Shown: piece after piece, positions 12,000-24,099 of the stretch
Layout of the letters: each line of letters begins with the position of its first letter
Position numbering within the stretch: the first letter of the stretch is position 1
NCBI GenBank assembly: GCA_010909165.1
Contig: MU008159.1
Span: forward strand, 1,550,001-1,614,000
DNA from: Anthoceros angustus
Taxonomy: Eukaryota; Plantae; Anthocerotophyta
Length of the DNA: 64,000 nt
Direction: 5' to 3'
Program-made: the position numbers and the translations under genes
Notes under the pieces: generated by a model
The model's database searches: none
Told to the model about the DNA's origin: nothing
Seen by the model: only the letters and a program-made list of their open reading frames with translations

Positions 12000-14900
12000 T
12001 GCGGCACTATGGGTCCAAAACACGTAATATGCATTCAAATCAAAGTCGGGCATTTTCCACGAAGGGTCACAGAATTATACCGGTCAACGGACGAGCCCCT
12101 CATCTACAAGTCCACAGCTACCCAAAGGGTCATCTACTTCAACCAAATTGAGCTCCGAATCGCACCCGTTTCTACATTTTCCAAATCCCGCCGTGTCACC
12201 AAAGTCATCACCTTCAACTCGCAAAAACAGCGTCGGAGCCTGTATGCGGTGGTAGTGTGCCGTTTTCATCCCATATTGTCAATGCCGGTTGGTCTTCAAC
12301 CGCGGTCTCAGTGCGGAGTCCTTCATTCGACCCTTCTTTCCAAGCAAGCTATACACTTGCATTTTCTGTCAATGCCTCGTGCACGGATCTCCTTTGCCCA
12401 AAACTTGCAGGCCCGAAAACTTATCTGTTGTTATTTCTTGAACTCGTCGGCGCTCCAACCGTTCACTCGTTGTGACATATACATTGAGCATCGTGCGTCT
12501 TTGTCAATGGCCACAACGTTCCTTTCCGTTGTATCCGGCCACCAAAATGATCCCGATCCCGCAGGTCAACAATCCGATCGTCTTCGTTGGAGAACATGTT
12601 CACCAACATGCCTAATAAGCCCACGGGTTTACGATATGGCGTCGACCATCTTATCACTGGTAAATCGCCTTCTTCACCACCCCATGTCGGATAACTCTTG
12701 GCACTGTTTGATGTCTTTGCGGAAAGAGGAGCTTTTCCGACATTGGACTCTGTCCCTCACGCCACAAATATTCCACTTTTGTTTCCAGCTGCTAGGTGGG
12801 ATGTTGGTTTTCTCCCATACCGGTATGAATGACTCCTTTCACACCAAGACCTCAAAGCCTCCACGGCTTGAATCACCCCATCCACCCCATGCATAATTAT
12901 CCGGAACACATCGCTCGTGGTCTTCTCGTTGAAAGAGCGATGATCTCTTTCAATTCTTCTTCAACGAAAGCCTTGTCATTCTCATGCCTGTAAACCTCGA
13001 GGGAGGTCGCAGAAAAGAAGAGTATACCTCCTCGGTGGCAAAAATCCTTTCATATCCAAAATGTCTCGATGCACCACGATATGCCACTTTTGTCCAAGAC
13101 CTGCACTCAAACCGCCACCGCATCCATGTCCTTGTCGGCCATTTGTTTTCGCTCTTCTTCCATCCGTTTCGATTCGCTATAAACAAAATCTTGGAAAGGT
13201 TTTGGCGAGCTTTCAAATCCTCAATGTCTCCGGTTTACGCAAGCAACAGACGGTGGTCGCAACTCATTGGAGCGCGGTCGGCGGCAGGCGCCGGCGCACT
13301 CCCACCGGTCAGTCGCCGGTCGGCGGCGCACTCCACCGAGAGCCGGTCGGCCGGCGCGCGCTCGCGGTCGGCGCACCGCGCGCGGCGCGAGCGCCGGTCG
13401 GCCGCGCCTCGCGCGCGGTGACGGCGCACTCGCGTTCGCCTGGGAACAAACAACAAGTCGGCCGGTCGCGCACTATCTTGGTGGCCGCGCCTCTATGAAT
13501 ACACTCACTTACCACTTTCAAAAATTGTTTGAAACCGCCAATTCCTTGGCCTATGTTTGGGAAACTGCTTTTAAGGTGGCACACTTCATAGCCTTCGAAG
13601 GCATGCTCGATAAGGTTAATCTTCTTCCTGTTGCCAACATCATCCATATCTTTTAGCTGCGTTTCCTTGGATGACCTTAGGTCACTATCAACATCTCTTC
13701 ACCTTCTCGTCCTTGGGACTCCTTGGAATGCTCTCCATGCCCTTAGAGCATTGGAGCCGGACGGTCGATTAGGGGGGCTGTTGTAGTTGGGTCTTGTGGC
13801 TTCCGTTTTGCTTCGCCCGTCGTCACACTGCTTTGCTGCTGGAGTTCGCACTTCTCCCATCGGAAAATGGTGTCCACGTTCTCCTCACCAATCCTCAGCA
13901 GTCTTCCTTCCACCATCACCATCTTACATAATCGTGTCCTTGAGTTTCCAGCCTCCTCCGGCATCCCCAACTTGTACACATTGAACTTCCGCATGGGTTT
14001 TCCATCGGTGTGTCCGTGCCAAATCTCAAGCTCATCATGTATGTAGCGTACTTGTTCAATAAAACCAAGCTTCTTCCTCTTGTCATACACATTGTGATCA
14101 ACGCACCGCATTTCTTCCTCTCAAGCTGCATATACATGGCCTCGAGCCATTGAAATTTATCTTCCGGATACATTTCGATGGTTCCATGTATGCATAGCAA
14201 TGGTTCCCTCCCGGCACCCCTAGGGTGTCTTTGAGCTCGATCTCCGGTGCATCTTCTTCTTCAAAACCTTTGGATCAATCATGCACAAAGTGGGAGCGTC
14301 CCTTCCTTCTGGACATCGCATCACAGCCGAACAAGGCACTTCATCCATGCCTCATCCACCTTCCTTATCGAGCATCTGCGTTAGAAATGAAGCGGGGCGT
14401 AGTAATATGTGAATGTCGAATGTTGTGGTTTGCACCCGCTTCTTGTAGGCCCGACGAACCATCTCCGGATAGTCATCCTCCTGCGAAAGGAGCTCCTCGT
14501 TCGGCATCGATTGTCAGACAGCGGCTTCCTCTTCGCATGCTTCCTCGACTTCCTTAATTTTTCCTCTCGCCCCTCTTCTCCATCACCCGAGATCTTGCCT
14601 TCCTCTTTCGCTTGATTGGTGTGCTCTCATGGAAATCAAAACAAGATGCTTCAATTCTTACATGGGTTCGAATTATGCGGAGGCGACGGGCTTAGGAGCA
14701 TTCTTACCGCCATTCGCCTTCTCATCTTCACGGTGACCTGACAGGCTGATTCCTTCTTCTTCTTTCTGGTGGCTGCCCGCACCGGGGTCCTTCCGAGGAG
14801 GGTCACCTCCTCCTCAAAAGCCTCATTCAAGACCCACGAGGCTGGACATGTTGCGAGCCATGGGCCGGCCCGTGCTCGCCTCGCATCGGACCACGAGGCG

Positions 14901-15050
14901 AGGCCTCCTCCTCTTCCGGAGGCTCTCGGCTCGGCCAAGGAACCTCGTCCTCCTCCATCTCCGGTTGCATAATCCGGGCATCGTTTGATGCACCCACGCC
15001 TGATAAGCCGGTGTTGCGCCTCGCTGCCCGATCACCGGTAGCGTCGATCA
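12000..15050 (-). pseudogene. Frameshifted (as assembled) gene: ParB-like domain plus beta-class N6A/N4C DNA methyltransferase; ends approximate
   Basis: ParB-like: IRKVDEAWMKCL...MRCP...LCMIDP...GGNHCYA (~14380-14195), then DHN...GFIEQVRYIH. MTase: LLFCDLP (~13000-13020), WEKTN (~12800), PYRKPVGLLGMLVNMFSNEDDRIVDL-GSGS...RNVVAIDKD (~12490-12640). GTAAGT donor at 13512. Confidence 0.72.
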
Positions 15051-16855
15051 CTACACCTCTGTGACACCCCTGAAGCGGAGTGAAATTGTTCTCCCCTGTT
15101 CATTTTAAAGAGGAAAACAATGAGTATACCAAGATGCGTAAACCCTAAGCGAAAATGGGAAGTGATACATGGTGACATACAATGACTTACATCTTGAACA
15201 CTTTTGGAATCACATGGGATTTCAACTGGCTCACAACGAGGCATTATCTTGGCATCCATTATCGGAGGAGATGTGTGTTGATGTCATCGTTTATGTGCAA
15301 ATGAGGTTTCTTGGTGACCAAAAGCGTATGTGCATATCTTCGCCCATTAGTCCTTGTTGCACATAGAATCCATCCGACTCTTGCACAGGAATCCCCTCAA
15401 TACCATTGTAACCGTTAATCCATAAGGCCGAGTGGAATCCAAGGCGGACTGGATCTTGGGTTCTTCTTCGCAACAACGCTCCACTCTTTGTCATGTTATG
15501 CCCGGAAGAGAATCCGGAGCTTTTTCACCGAAATGCTCCACAAAGTTAAAAGCATGAGGAATCGCGGTGTTGCATTTTCCGAGGTTGGTGCTCCCTCGGC
15601 CATCAATGTCTTCATATCCTCTCCGTTGAGTACCCTTTGAGGTGGACGTCCGGACACTACCATGAGAGGATTCTCTCAATTGCATAATAGCGGTGGGGTT
15701 CTGTTACCACATTCGGGATCGCATCCCCTCATCCGGTGCGCCTTGCGGCGATCCTGCTCTTGCCGCGCATTTTCCGCTTCGATGCGTGGCGGGCGCCTCC
15801 AGCGGGGGTCGATCTCTGCATGCTTATTGTGGCGTCCTCGCGATCACCATCCGCAATCTTCAAAACCTCATGCGGGAAGTTGGCGGGAGGAAGTAAGAGA
15901 ATCGTATCCGGACTCTCGAACTCTTGATGAAAAGGAGAGGCTCGAGCTTACGTGGAAATGAAATATGGATGTTTGAAGCGCATCAACGGATTACGATAAA
16001 GCCTTAACACGCTAGTTACGCTAAAAGCGGCTCAAGTTGTAGCGGTTGGGTCCGAACACGGTCATCATTCATTTAACCTCAAATGCCTAAAATAGGCCCA
16101 TTACAAATTCGATGCATCCACCTCATCTTATGCCATCATTTTCTAAGGGCGGTGCACTCTCATTCAAGGTCCATCGATCATACTGCCATCAGTCCATCAG
16201 TCGCAACCGCAATTATAAATCATCCAACACCACACGGTACCACCTTATGTCACATGTCTATAATTGTGGGTGTGACTTTGATCTTGATTCAAAGTGCGTT
16301 CTTCCTCGCATGCACAGGTAGCTCTTGAAAATTTGCCGATGTTGAAGCAGTGGAAGGAGTTCTTGAAGTCAAAGGACTTGGATGCTATCGGTCGGGCAGA
16401 ACGCGAGATTCCTCCCGATATGCAACACTCCGGTCAGAGGCATCAACGGCGGTTCCCAGCTTGAAATGCCTATCGGCAGTCAAGGTATTCAAGTTGAAGA
16501 GGGAGAAGTAGATGAAGGTACGTCGTGCAAACTCGTGCGGAAATCGATTGCATTCAAAGGCTCTTGTGAACATGATTCCGGATGTGTGTTATTTCTGCAG
16601 TGCGGCCTCCACCACTTCCGCGCGATAAGCGCATCCATTCCAAGACACCGCCTGTTTCGATGTTGGATTCCATTCACGGAAGTCCTTCTCCGGGGCCTGT
16701 ACATCCGATCCCATAGACTACTCCTCCAGGAAGTGCTCCCGGACGACACGCCGGATATGGCCGCTTAGTTGGGGTGAATGCCAACTCGGTTTCTGACCGG
16801 TTGTATCTAGAAGATACTGTTTCCACTGCGTGGCCCCACGTTCGGTGGAACTGTT

Positions 16856-19492
16856 GTGGAGGAAGAGGACTCGGATAGCGGTGCATTTGAACATCCACCT
16901 CAAAAGGCGTACATACAATTTGAAGCCGGTCCGAATCATTTATCGAGCATGGCGAGACCACCACGTAGGCCCCGTAGGCAATCTAAAGTGCACGAGATGA
17001 AATGTGAAGAGGTTCGTATTAGATTTTCGCAAAACTGTGGTAGACAATGCTTGAGGACAATAGGGAAGGCAACCTTTGAGATTTGAGGTATCGGTTCCTT
17101 AGAATGTGCGAGGCGGAGATGCACCTACAATCCCTTTTGATGTCGATTATGAGAGCGATGGAAGGGTTAGGGTAGACTCGTTTCTTGTCGGACGAGGAAA
17201 AGTGTATTGTTGTAGAGGCCTTGAGCGTTTGTATCGGGTCTAGCAGTGCGAAGCGGCGAGCGATCGGAAACATTGCGTGGTGCCTTCGTCTGCGACGAAT
17301 CGATGTCGCGCGTGGATGAACCAACTGTTTATGCTTATTGCCGAGAGAATGCCAAACATTGAAGTGTATCACCTTCCGACTCTTACTCAAAAGGCGAGGT
17401 GTTTCAAGAATACAAGCAACATATGCACGGCTCAGATCTGATGTTTCTCATTCCTACTTTTGTCGACTTTGGGCTACGCACTTCCAAGGTGAAAATTCAA
17501 GAGCAATCGGTTTGCCTTGTGCACAACTGCGATTACCTCAAACGAAATATAAAAGCGAAAAGCAGAGAAAAACAAGGTGAGGCTTGATGTGAAATTGTGT
17601 TTTGGCAATGCGTGGGGATGGTCGTCGGTGCGCCGGCGTGTGCGCGGTCGGCACGCCGGATGTGCGCCGGTCGGCCCGGCGCCTGTCTGGCCTGCGCCGG
17701 CCGGAGGCGTGGTTGTGAAGTCGCGGTCGGCACTCGGTATTCGTTGGGTTCCTTCCAGGCGGCTTTATTCCTCAACGTTGTTTGGGTGATTATTTTGCGA
17801 AGCATTTGAAGGCGATCGAGGCGGCGCACTCAAGTCGAGAGAGAAAATGCATCAAGCACCGTGAAATGTTATGGAGACCCGGCAAAGTATATCGGGATAT
17901 CCATCGACGGATGGACCAACGAAGACACTTCCACATTTCACGCGTTTACCCAAGGACCTGTCAGATGTAGGTTTGATCGACGTCCATGTTGTGGGGTGCA
18001 TGATTTATAACTACACCATGTCGGCGGAACTCTTCATGGCATACGGGAACATCCGGAACGATGCAAACCTGACTATAGCCAATATCCAGCATGTCATTTC
18101 AAATTACGAGGGACTACTACCAAAGGTTCTTTATCTTCAACTCGACAATACTGCACGGGAGAATAAGAATGCACTGCTATTCGCTTACCTGAATATGTTG
18201 GTAGAGCTTAAGGTTTTGAGAAGGTAAAAGTAGGATTCCTCCGGTTGGGCACACTCATGACCAGTTGACGGATGTTTTCGAGGTTTTCAATGTGCTTGCG
18301 AAGGAAGCTTTACGTTGCCCAAAGTGGTATTTTGGAGAATGCATATCGCCCAAACCAAAAATTATGGAGGTGAAAGAAGTTCCGGACTTCAAAGTTTGTG
18401 TGGCCAATACCTTATGGTAAGGTGGCTATAAACAAAGTTCTTTGCGGTGAAACAGTTGCACAATATATCTTTTCAACATCGGTTCAAAATAACCCGAAAC
18501 GCGAGGTGAGACTTATTCGTGATGAGGGGCAAACAATATTCCAGATGAATCGGTCACCGGACGAGGGTTTGGAGTTTTGAATAATGTCCCATCTACTCCT
18601 ATTCAAGCTCGTTTGGTTCATTTGGAGGTCCAGTAAAAAGCGGTTGCGAGAGGAGAGATCCCGAAAGAAGTCTTGCGACAATGCGTGGGAAACTAGAGGA
18701 AAACTCGGGACCCATTTGGGCGCAGGTGAGGATATTTGGTGGGAGGAATTCAGTGAGCAATCAGCCATCGTGGACAAGATAGCATGTGAGCATGTTGAGG
18801 AATTGAAGACCCCTTGGCAATGGTACGATAGAACACATAATGAAGAGTTGCATCGCTCTTTGGTTGTACCAGAGGCTGAGATTTTACAGCATCCAATCGT
18901 TCGTCAAGTGCCCCGGTGGGACATGTATGTTGGAGCGTATCGACAGGATGATGCGCGAAGGCGGGAACAAGAAAGCTTGAACGGCGATGTGTTGGAGATA
19001 CAAACAGGTCACATGATTGCGGTGCCTTGTGAGACAGATCGACCATTCTGGCTCGCAAAAGTCCTACAGGTGGACTTCCAATGTGACGCCCCATTCATTA
19101 AAGTCCATTGGTGGGTGACTAAATGCACTGACGCATTTGAAGGCAGGTACCTAGAGGAGATGATTTTACCTGATCAGCCACCAACGCGCGGCAGTCGTGG
19201 GGGTCGCTCTCAACGACGGAGCATGAGGTTGCGGAAACACGTCGACAAATTGCTTCTTTCAGACACATTCATCTTGGCATACGGGTTTTCTCTAACAAAA
19301 CAGAAGCAACTAAATGCAAGGACCAGAACCATAATACGGAAAAACATGTACGTTTTGCGCTCTGTGCAGGAGGAAGCTCCGGAACATATGGAAGGAAGGG
19401 ACGCTGCGGATGATGGCGTTGCAGAAGATGTTGCATCTGAAGGCGAGGACATTGAAACACTTGATGAACATGGTTCACGGAGTTCAGATTAG
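16856..19492 (+). pseudogene. Frameshifted Sola-type (DUF7869-like) transposase with a C-terminal Tudor/SH3-like domain; intron 17577-17758; start approximate
   Basis: MPNIEVYHLP..., SYFCRLW..F.KVKI...RF.LCTTCD, IDG-MDQ.KTLPHF (~17903), LYLQLDNTARENKN (~18130-18170), VGHTH (~18244), GHMIAVPCETDRPFWLAKV...IKVHWW (~19005-19115). Confidence 0.82.
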
Positions 19493-20514
19493 TTAGTTTT
19501 TCAGTTGACCATGGACTCCTACTAGTGCTGGATCAGGAAGGTATGGCCACCGACCCGACTTCCAGGAGTGGATAGGTTGTGTGTTCCGCCATGGACATAA
19601 ACGGCTTAACCAAGTGCAGAGTATGGGCACACAAAATGACGGTACAACACAGAATTTGCGATTATGTTCCAAATCAGCCAAAACCGTGTCTCTATTCTGA
19701 TGGACCTTATTTTTTTAGGACAACACATGATAAGACCGGCTGTCGACAAATGTTCAAACGCATCCACGATTCGGTCCCACACTTTTTTCTCAAGTTTTGG
19801 AGGAATGAATTCAAAGACAATAATTTTTTTGGCCACGTTCTTTTCCGGTCGCCGAAAAGTGGATGCCAAATTTCTTCAAAACCCGCAATAACGTACATGG
19901 TTTTCTGGGACATGCTTTTTTTTGGATATGATGATGGGAAAGTTTACTGCCTTTTGCCCAGCAGCCCATTTCAACGGAATCCGCCGATATTGCGCAGACA
20001 CTGTTATTTACAACATTTGGGATAGCCAGTACTATACAGTACCAATATGGACACCGTGCAGTTGTCAAATCTATGTTGTTTTTGCAATATGTAGTGAATA
20101 AAACCTTTGTTCGGTGGCTGCATTGGTGTCCGAAAAATGCGCGAGGCATACCGATGGGGACCCTTCACCCAACCAAAATTTTGACTTAAACTTTCCCTTC
20201 ATATTCCAAGACATCCTCTTCCATGCTTTTATTTTGTTGCTAATTTGTCTAGGGGAAGAGGAAGAATTCTATTATTGTCCTTTGAGGACGACATCTGCTC
20301 GTCATGGAACTTGGCACCTAGCCGGACAGCTTGCACCATGGTGTGTATAGGCCACTTGTTCAAGGAGGGGCTACTTACGTGACCTCCATCTCACAGCACC
20401 TAAGCCCTATCCTGCGCACCCGGGCTTGCGATTGCATAATAGTTTTGCTTCATGCAAGTGCGAATGTGAGTAGGGATGTAGGGATGTAGGTGTGGATGTG
20501 GATACGGATGCGGG

Positions 20515-20990
20515 ATGCCTCAAAGGCGTGAGAGTATTTTTTAAATCTTTTATAGATCCTCTAGTACGAGTTCGAAGGCACGAGAGTGCTTTTTTGTCTT
20601 TTTTGGATTCCCTAGTGTGAGTTTGAAGGTGCGAGAGTACTTTTTTTCATCTTTTACGGATTCCCTAGTGTGAGTTCAAAGGCGCGAAGGTGCTTTTTTA
20701 TCTTTTATCTTTATCTAGAGGGTGATCTCACGTGGAAGACCTCACACGAGGGAGGCCGGCGCTAGATTCCCTACTGTGAGTTCGAAGGTGCAAGATTCTT
20801 TTTTTATCTTTTATCTTTATTTAGAGAGTGATCTCGTGTGGAAGACCTTGCATGAGCGAGGCCGGCACGCCCATAGAGTGGATTCTCTAGTGTGAGCTCG
20901 AAGGCGCAAGAGTCCTTTTCTATCTTTTATCTTTATCTAGAGGGTGATCTCGCACGGAAGACCTCGTATAGAGATCGGCGTGCCCATAGA
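20515..20990 (+). repeat. Array of ~55-60-bp units (GGATTCCCTAGTGTGAGTTCGAAGGCGCGAGAGT-T tract); one inverted copy at ~10695-10762
   Basis: Direct inspection of both strands. Confidence 0.8.
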
Positions 20991-21749
20991 GTGAGACGAT
21001 TTCAAATAGCAAATATATGCCTGTCAAGGGGCCAAAGGATGGCACCCCATCCCGATATTGATGCGCCCGTTGGCTGCTTAATTGCGGATCCGTACTTATC
21101 TCAGTGCATTTGCACCGTCACTCTTGGAGGTGAGAGCACTTAATAAAATGGATGGATACCCAATATACATATATTGTCAAAGAGTTTATGCATGAAGTAA
21201 TTTTCTTGGTATATCTCCATAACATTCGAGTACTAGCGTAGGAGTCTTACAGACCACCGTGACATTGGGACTCCACAACGAGAGGATATAAACTTGATGA
21301 ACAGGCCTTTGATGGAAAAACTACATACCCCTCTAGCATGACGAACACCAACACCAATAAGAAGAATCATTAGCCAGTTGTTCCCTGTTAAGTGCAACTC
21401 CCCTGTGGACTGGCCCTCAAACAGCCCTTGAGCTATGGCCAGTTCATCCCTTGTGACCGAATTCCTCGATGTTCTTCCTCCTACCTTGCTCTCTACCGGG
21501 CTTCGTCCCCCAATACCTCTGCCCACACTGCTGAATCAAGTATGGGCTTTGATAGTTCCAGGGCCTGAGAAAAAAGTGCAGCCCCCTTCTAATCGACAGC
21601 GGCCTTCCCTGCTCCACATGCATTGCTTTGATGGCCAGTGGTTTCGTCTTCGATTGGAAAAATTAGTCAAGGATGCATCTCTAGCAATTATTGTTGTCCG
21701 TAAGATAGCCCCTATAAGTGCCATTTAGAGGGCAATGGACACTTGCTCA

Positions 21750-22410
21750 AAAGAACGCTGTAAAATAGGAGAGAGGCAGTCCTGCACCATATCTCCATGC
21801 ATGGTACGCTTGGGCACAAGACTTGGTGAATTTATCAAAGTCTTTAGCCAATGCGGCTCATAAGTCTCCAAGGCAAGCGGGATGAAGAGATGGCGTGCCT
21901 ACATTCCATTACACTTAGTAACCTTATAAGCCGCCGTTGTGGCTGCCATCCAACATAGGCGGTTTAGGGTAAGCTGTTTAGAGGTACGGATTCTCCTGTA
22001 CGATTACTAGTAACTACCGCGTCTACCACCGAGACTTGTCATCTCGAATGAGGTATAAGTCAGGTCCGACCGTCCGATCTTAAAGCATACCAATGTTCCC
22101 TCCAAGCCATATAAAACCACTTTCACGAGCCATCACAAACATAACGTCACGAATGTCAGCATCAATAATCATCCCCATGTGGACGACGAGCAAGATGTGT
22201 CCAAGGCATAGGCATACCCATAGGTGAAAAGTGAAGAAGCCAATGGTTTGAACCAAGCCTAGATGGAAGCGTTTCGCTATAGTAAAGGTTCCATATCAAT
22301 ATCAACGAAGGGAGTCTTGCGTGAGGGAGGCCGGCGTCTCCAAGTACCGGCCAGACGATTTACAAATTTACAAACGACTAAGAGGATGGCACCCCATCCC
22401 TGTACCAATT
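21750..22410 (-). mobile_element. Degraded 3' fragment of a second CRE-like RLE element
   Basis: Minus strand: RFHLGL, HLARRPHG...IRDVMFVMARES, YKVTK...HLFIPLALETY...KDFDKFTK, matching the 9650-10090 region. Confidence 0.65.
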
Positions 22411-22415
22411 CGCCC

Positions 22416-23880
22416 GGAGTTCTTTATCTCAACATGTCTATGTGCACACCCGTTCTAAGGGAGTTCTTTATCTCAACATGTCTATGTGCACATCTGTTTT
22501 AGGGGAGTTCTTTATCTCAACATGTCTATGTGCACACCCGTTCTAGGGGGTTATGGGTGCGATGTGAAATCTCTACATGTATGGACGAGCCAAGAGCCAA
22601 GACCCTGCACCAGTCATGCCATGTGATACTAATCTCTGCACTTGGGTTTAGTATTTGATTAGCATTAATTAATCTAATTACTTATCTTTTAAGTAAATAA
22701 TTTGTGTTAATTAATCTAAGGTGCTTATGTTAATTAAGCATTGATTAGTGTTAATTAAACATGGTTAGCAATAGCTAAGCGGATAAGCTCAAGTAATATG
22801 CTTTGGCATATTCCTTGCATATTATAGTGTATTCTTAGGATACAATAACTAAGTGGATAAGCTCAAGTAATATGCTTTGGCATATTCCTTGCATATTATA
22901 GTGTATTCTTAGGATATTTCCGGCATATGCTGATGCCAATATCTTAGGAATATGCCGATGCCAAGGGCTAGTATATATAGACCCTTTCATTGAGGACAAG
23001 CTTATATCATAGCTTGTCCTCTAGATATGCAATGCAAGAGCGTTGTGAGGAGGCCAAAGCTATGACTCCGAGAGCGATGTGTGAGGAATTTGCGTGTTGT
23101 TCTCGTGGGGAGAGTGTGTTTGTGCCACGACGTGCGAGCTACTCCCTCCTGTTGTTATTGGTTTGCACTTACATTCTCCGTACTAGATTTGTTTTGCTTG
23201 GTTGTTTGTCGAGAAAGTGCTTGTATGAATTCAAGTGCTTACCTAGTGCGACACACCCTTCCTAGAATAAGAGCGGAAATAGGCTTTGGTGGGCCTTGGA
23301 CGGTCCATGAAGGCTGAGTTATTTATCGAGCAAGGATGCTTGCAACTCCTTGGTACCCATGCACCTTGTTGTCTTGGTTTTCAATTTGATGTGTTTAGTA
23401 TCACAGGTTCGAAACCAACGATGGCCATACTCCTTTCTCGAGGTAAGGTCTTTTTCGATTTTGGGCCACATACGAATTCCAATTGGCCTTACGATTTCTG
23501 GCCACGATACAAATTTCATTGCGTTTTCGATTTGGGCATTGTTCCTTAAGATTCCAAGCTTAACCTCGGTGGTACACCTGGGCGTCCATAAGTTTGGAGG
23601 GTGGACCGTCTGTTCGACAGCAGACGTTGCCAACCTCATCCACATTCAAAAAGAAGGGTAGGGAAGAGACATTCAAGGGTTGAAAGGCGGCATGCCAGTG
23701 GCAGTCGCGAACAGCTTTCGGCCACGACACGAATTTCAAGTGCCTTTCCGTTTCGAAAATTGTTCCTTGTGATTCCAAGCTTGACCTCGGTGCACGACCT
23801 GGATATCCAGGAGCTGAGGGGTGGACTGTTTGTTCGACAACTCACGTTGCCAAACCCGTCCTTCAAAAAGGAACGAAGCG
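22416..23880. repeat. Repeat/LTR-like debris: 44-bp x3 (22416-22548), ~72-bp x2 (22774-22914), ~240-bp diverged x2 (~23480-23880)
   Basis: Direct repeats visible; TATATATA at ~22972. Confidence 0.55.
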
Positions 23881-24099
23881 AGGGCACACTCACTCAAGAG
23901 TTGGAGGGCAGCGAGACCGTGGCATACGCGATCGGCGAAACATACACATCGAAGGCTAAAGACAAATGGTAAGTTGAGTAAAAAGCATGAACATGGACAT
24001 GAAGCGATTAGTTCCAGCACAGCGACTATTGGGACTGGAGAGTCTCTTACGACAAATTCATTGCCCAAACAGGTGGGGAGTACGGCCCATTGTCCAAGC

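Larger units (their letters stand above)
11773..20005. mobile_element. Sola1-like DNA transposon, 8.2 kb, carrying a methyltransferase cargo gene
   Basis: TIRs 11773-11807 (AACAGACTCCGCGCAATATCGGCGGATTCTTGAAA) and 19969-20005 (reverse complement AACAGTGTCTGCGCAATATCGGCGGATTCCGTTGAAA); exact ATTT TSD at 11769-11772 and 20006-20009; internal Sola-type transposase. Confidence 0.85.

Noticed and set aside
11949-12896. 315-aa plus-strand ORF
   Set aside because: No motifs; antisense shadow of the methyltransferase gene.
20515-20990. Regularly spaced repeats resembling a CRISPR array (also 3550-3790 and 5395-5710)
   Set aside because: No unique spacers, degenerate units, no cas genes, eukaryotic context.
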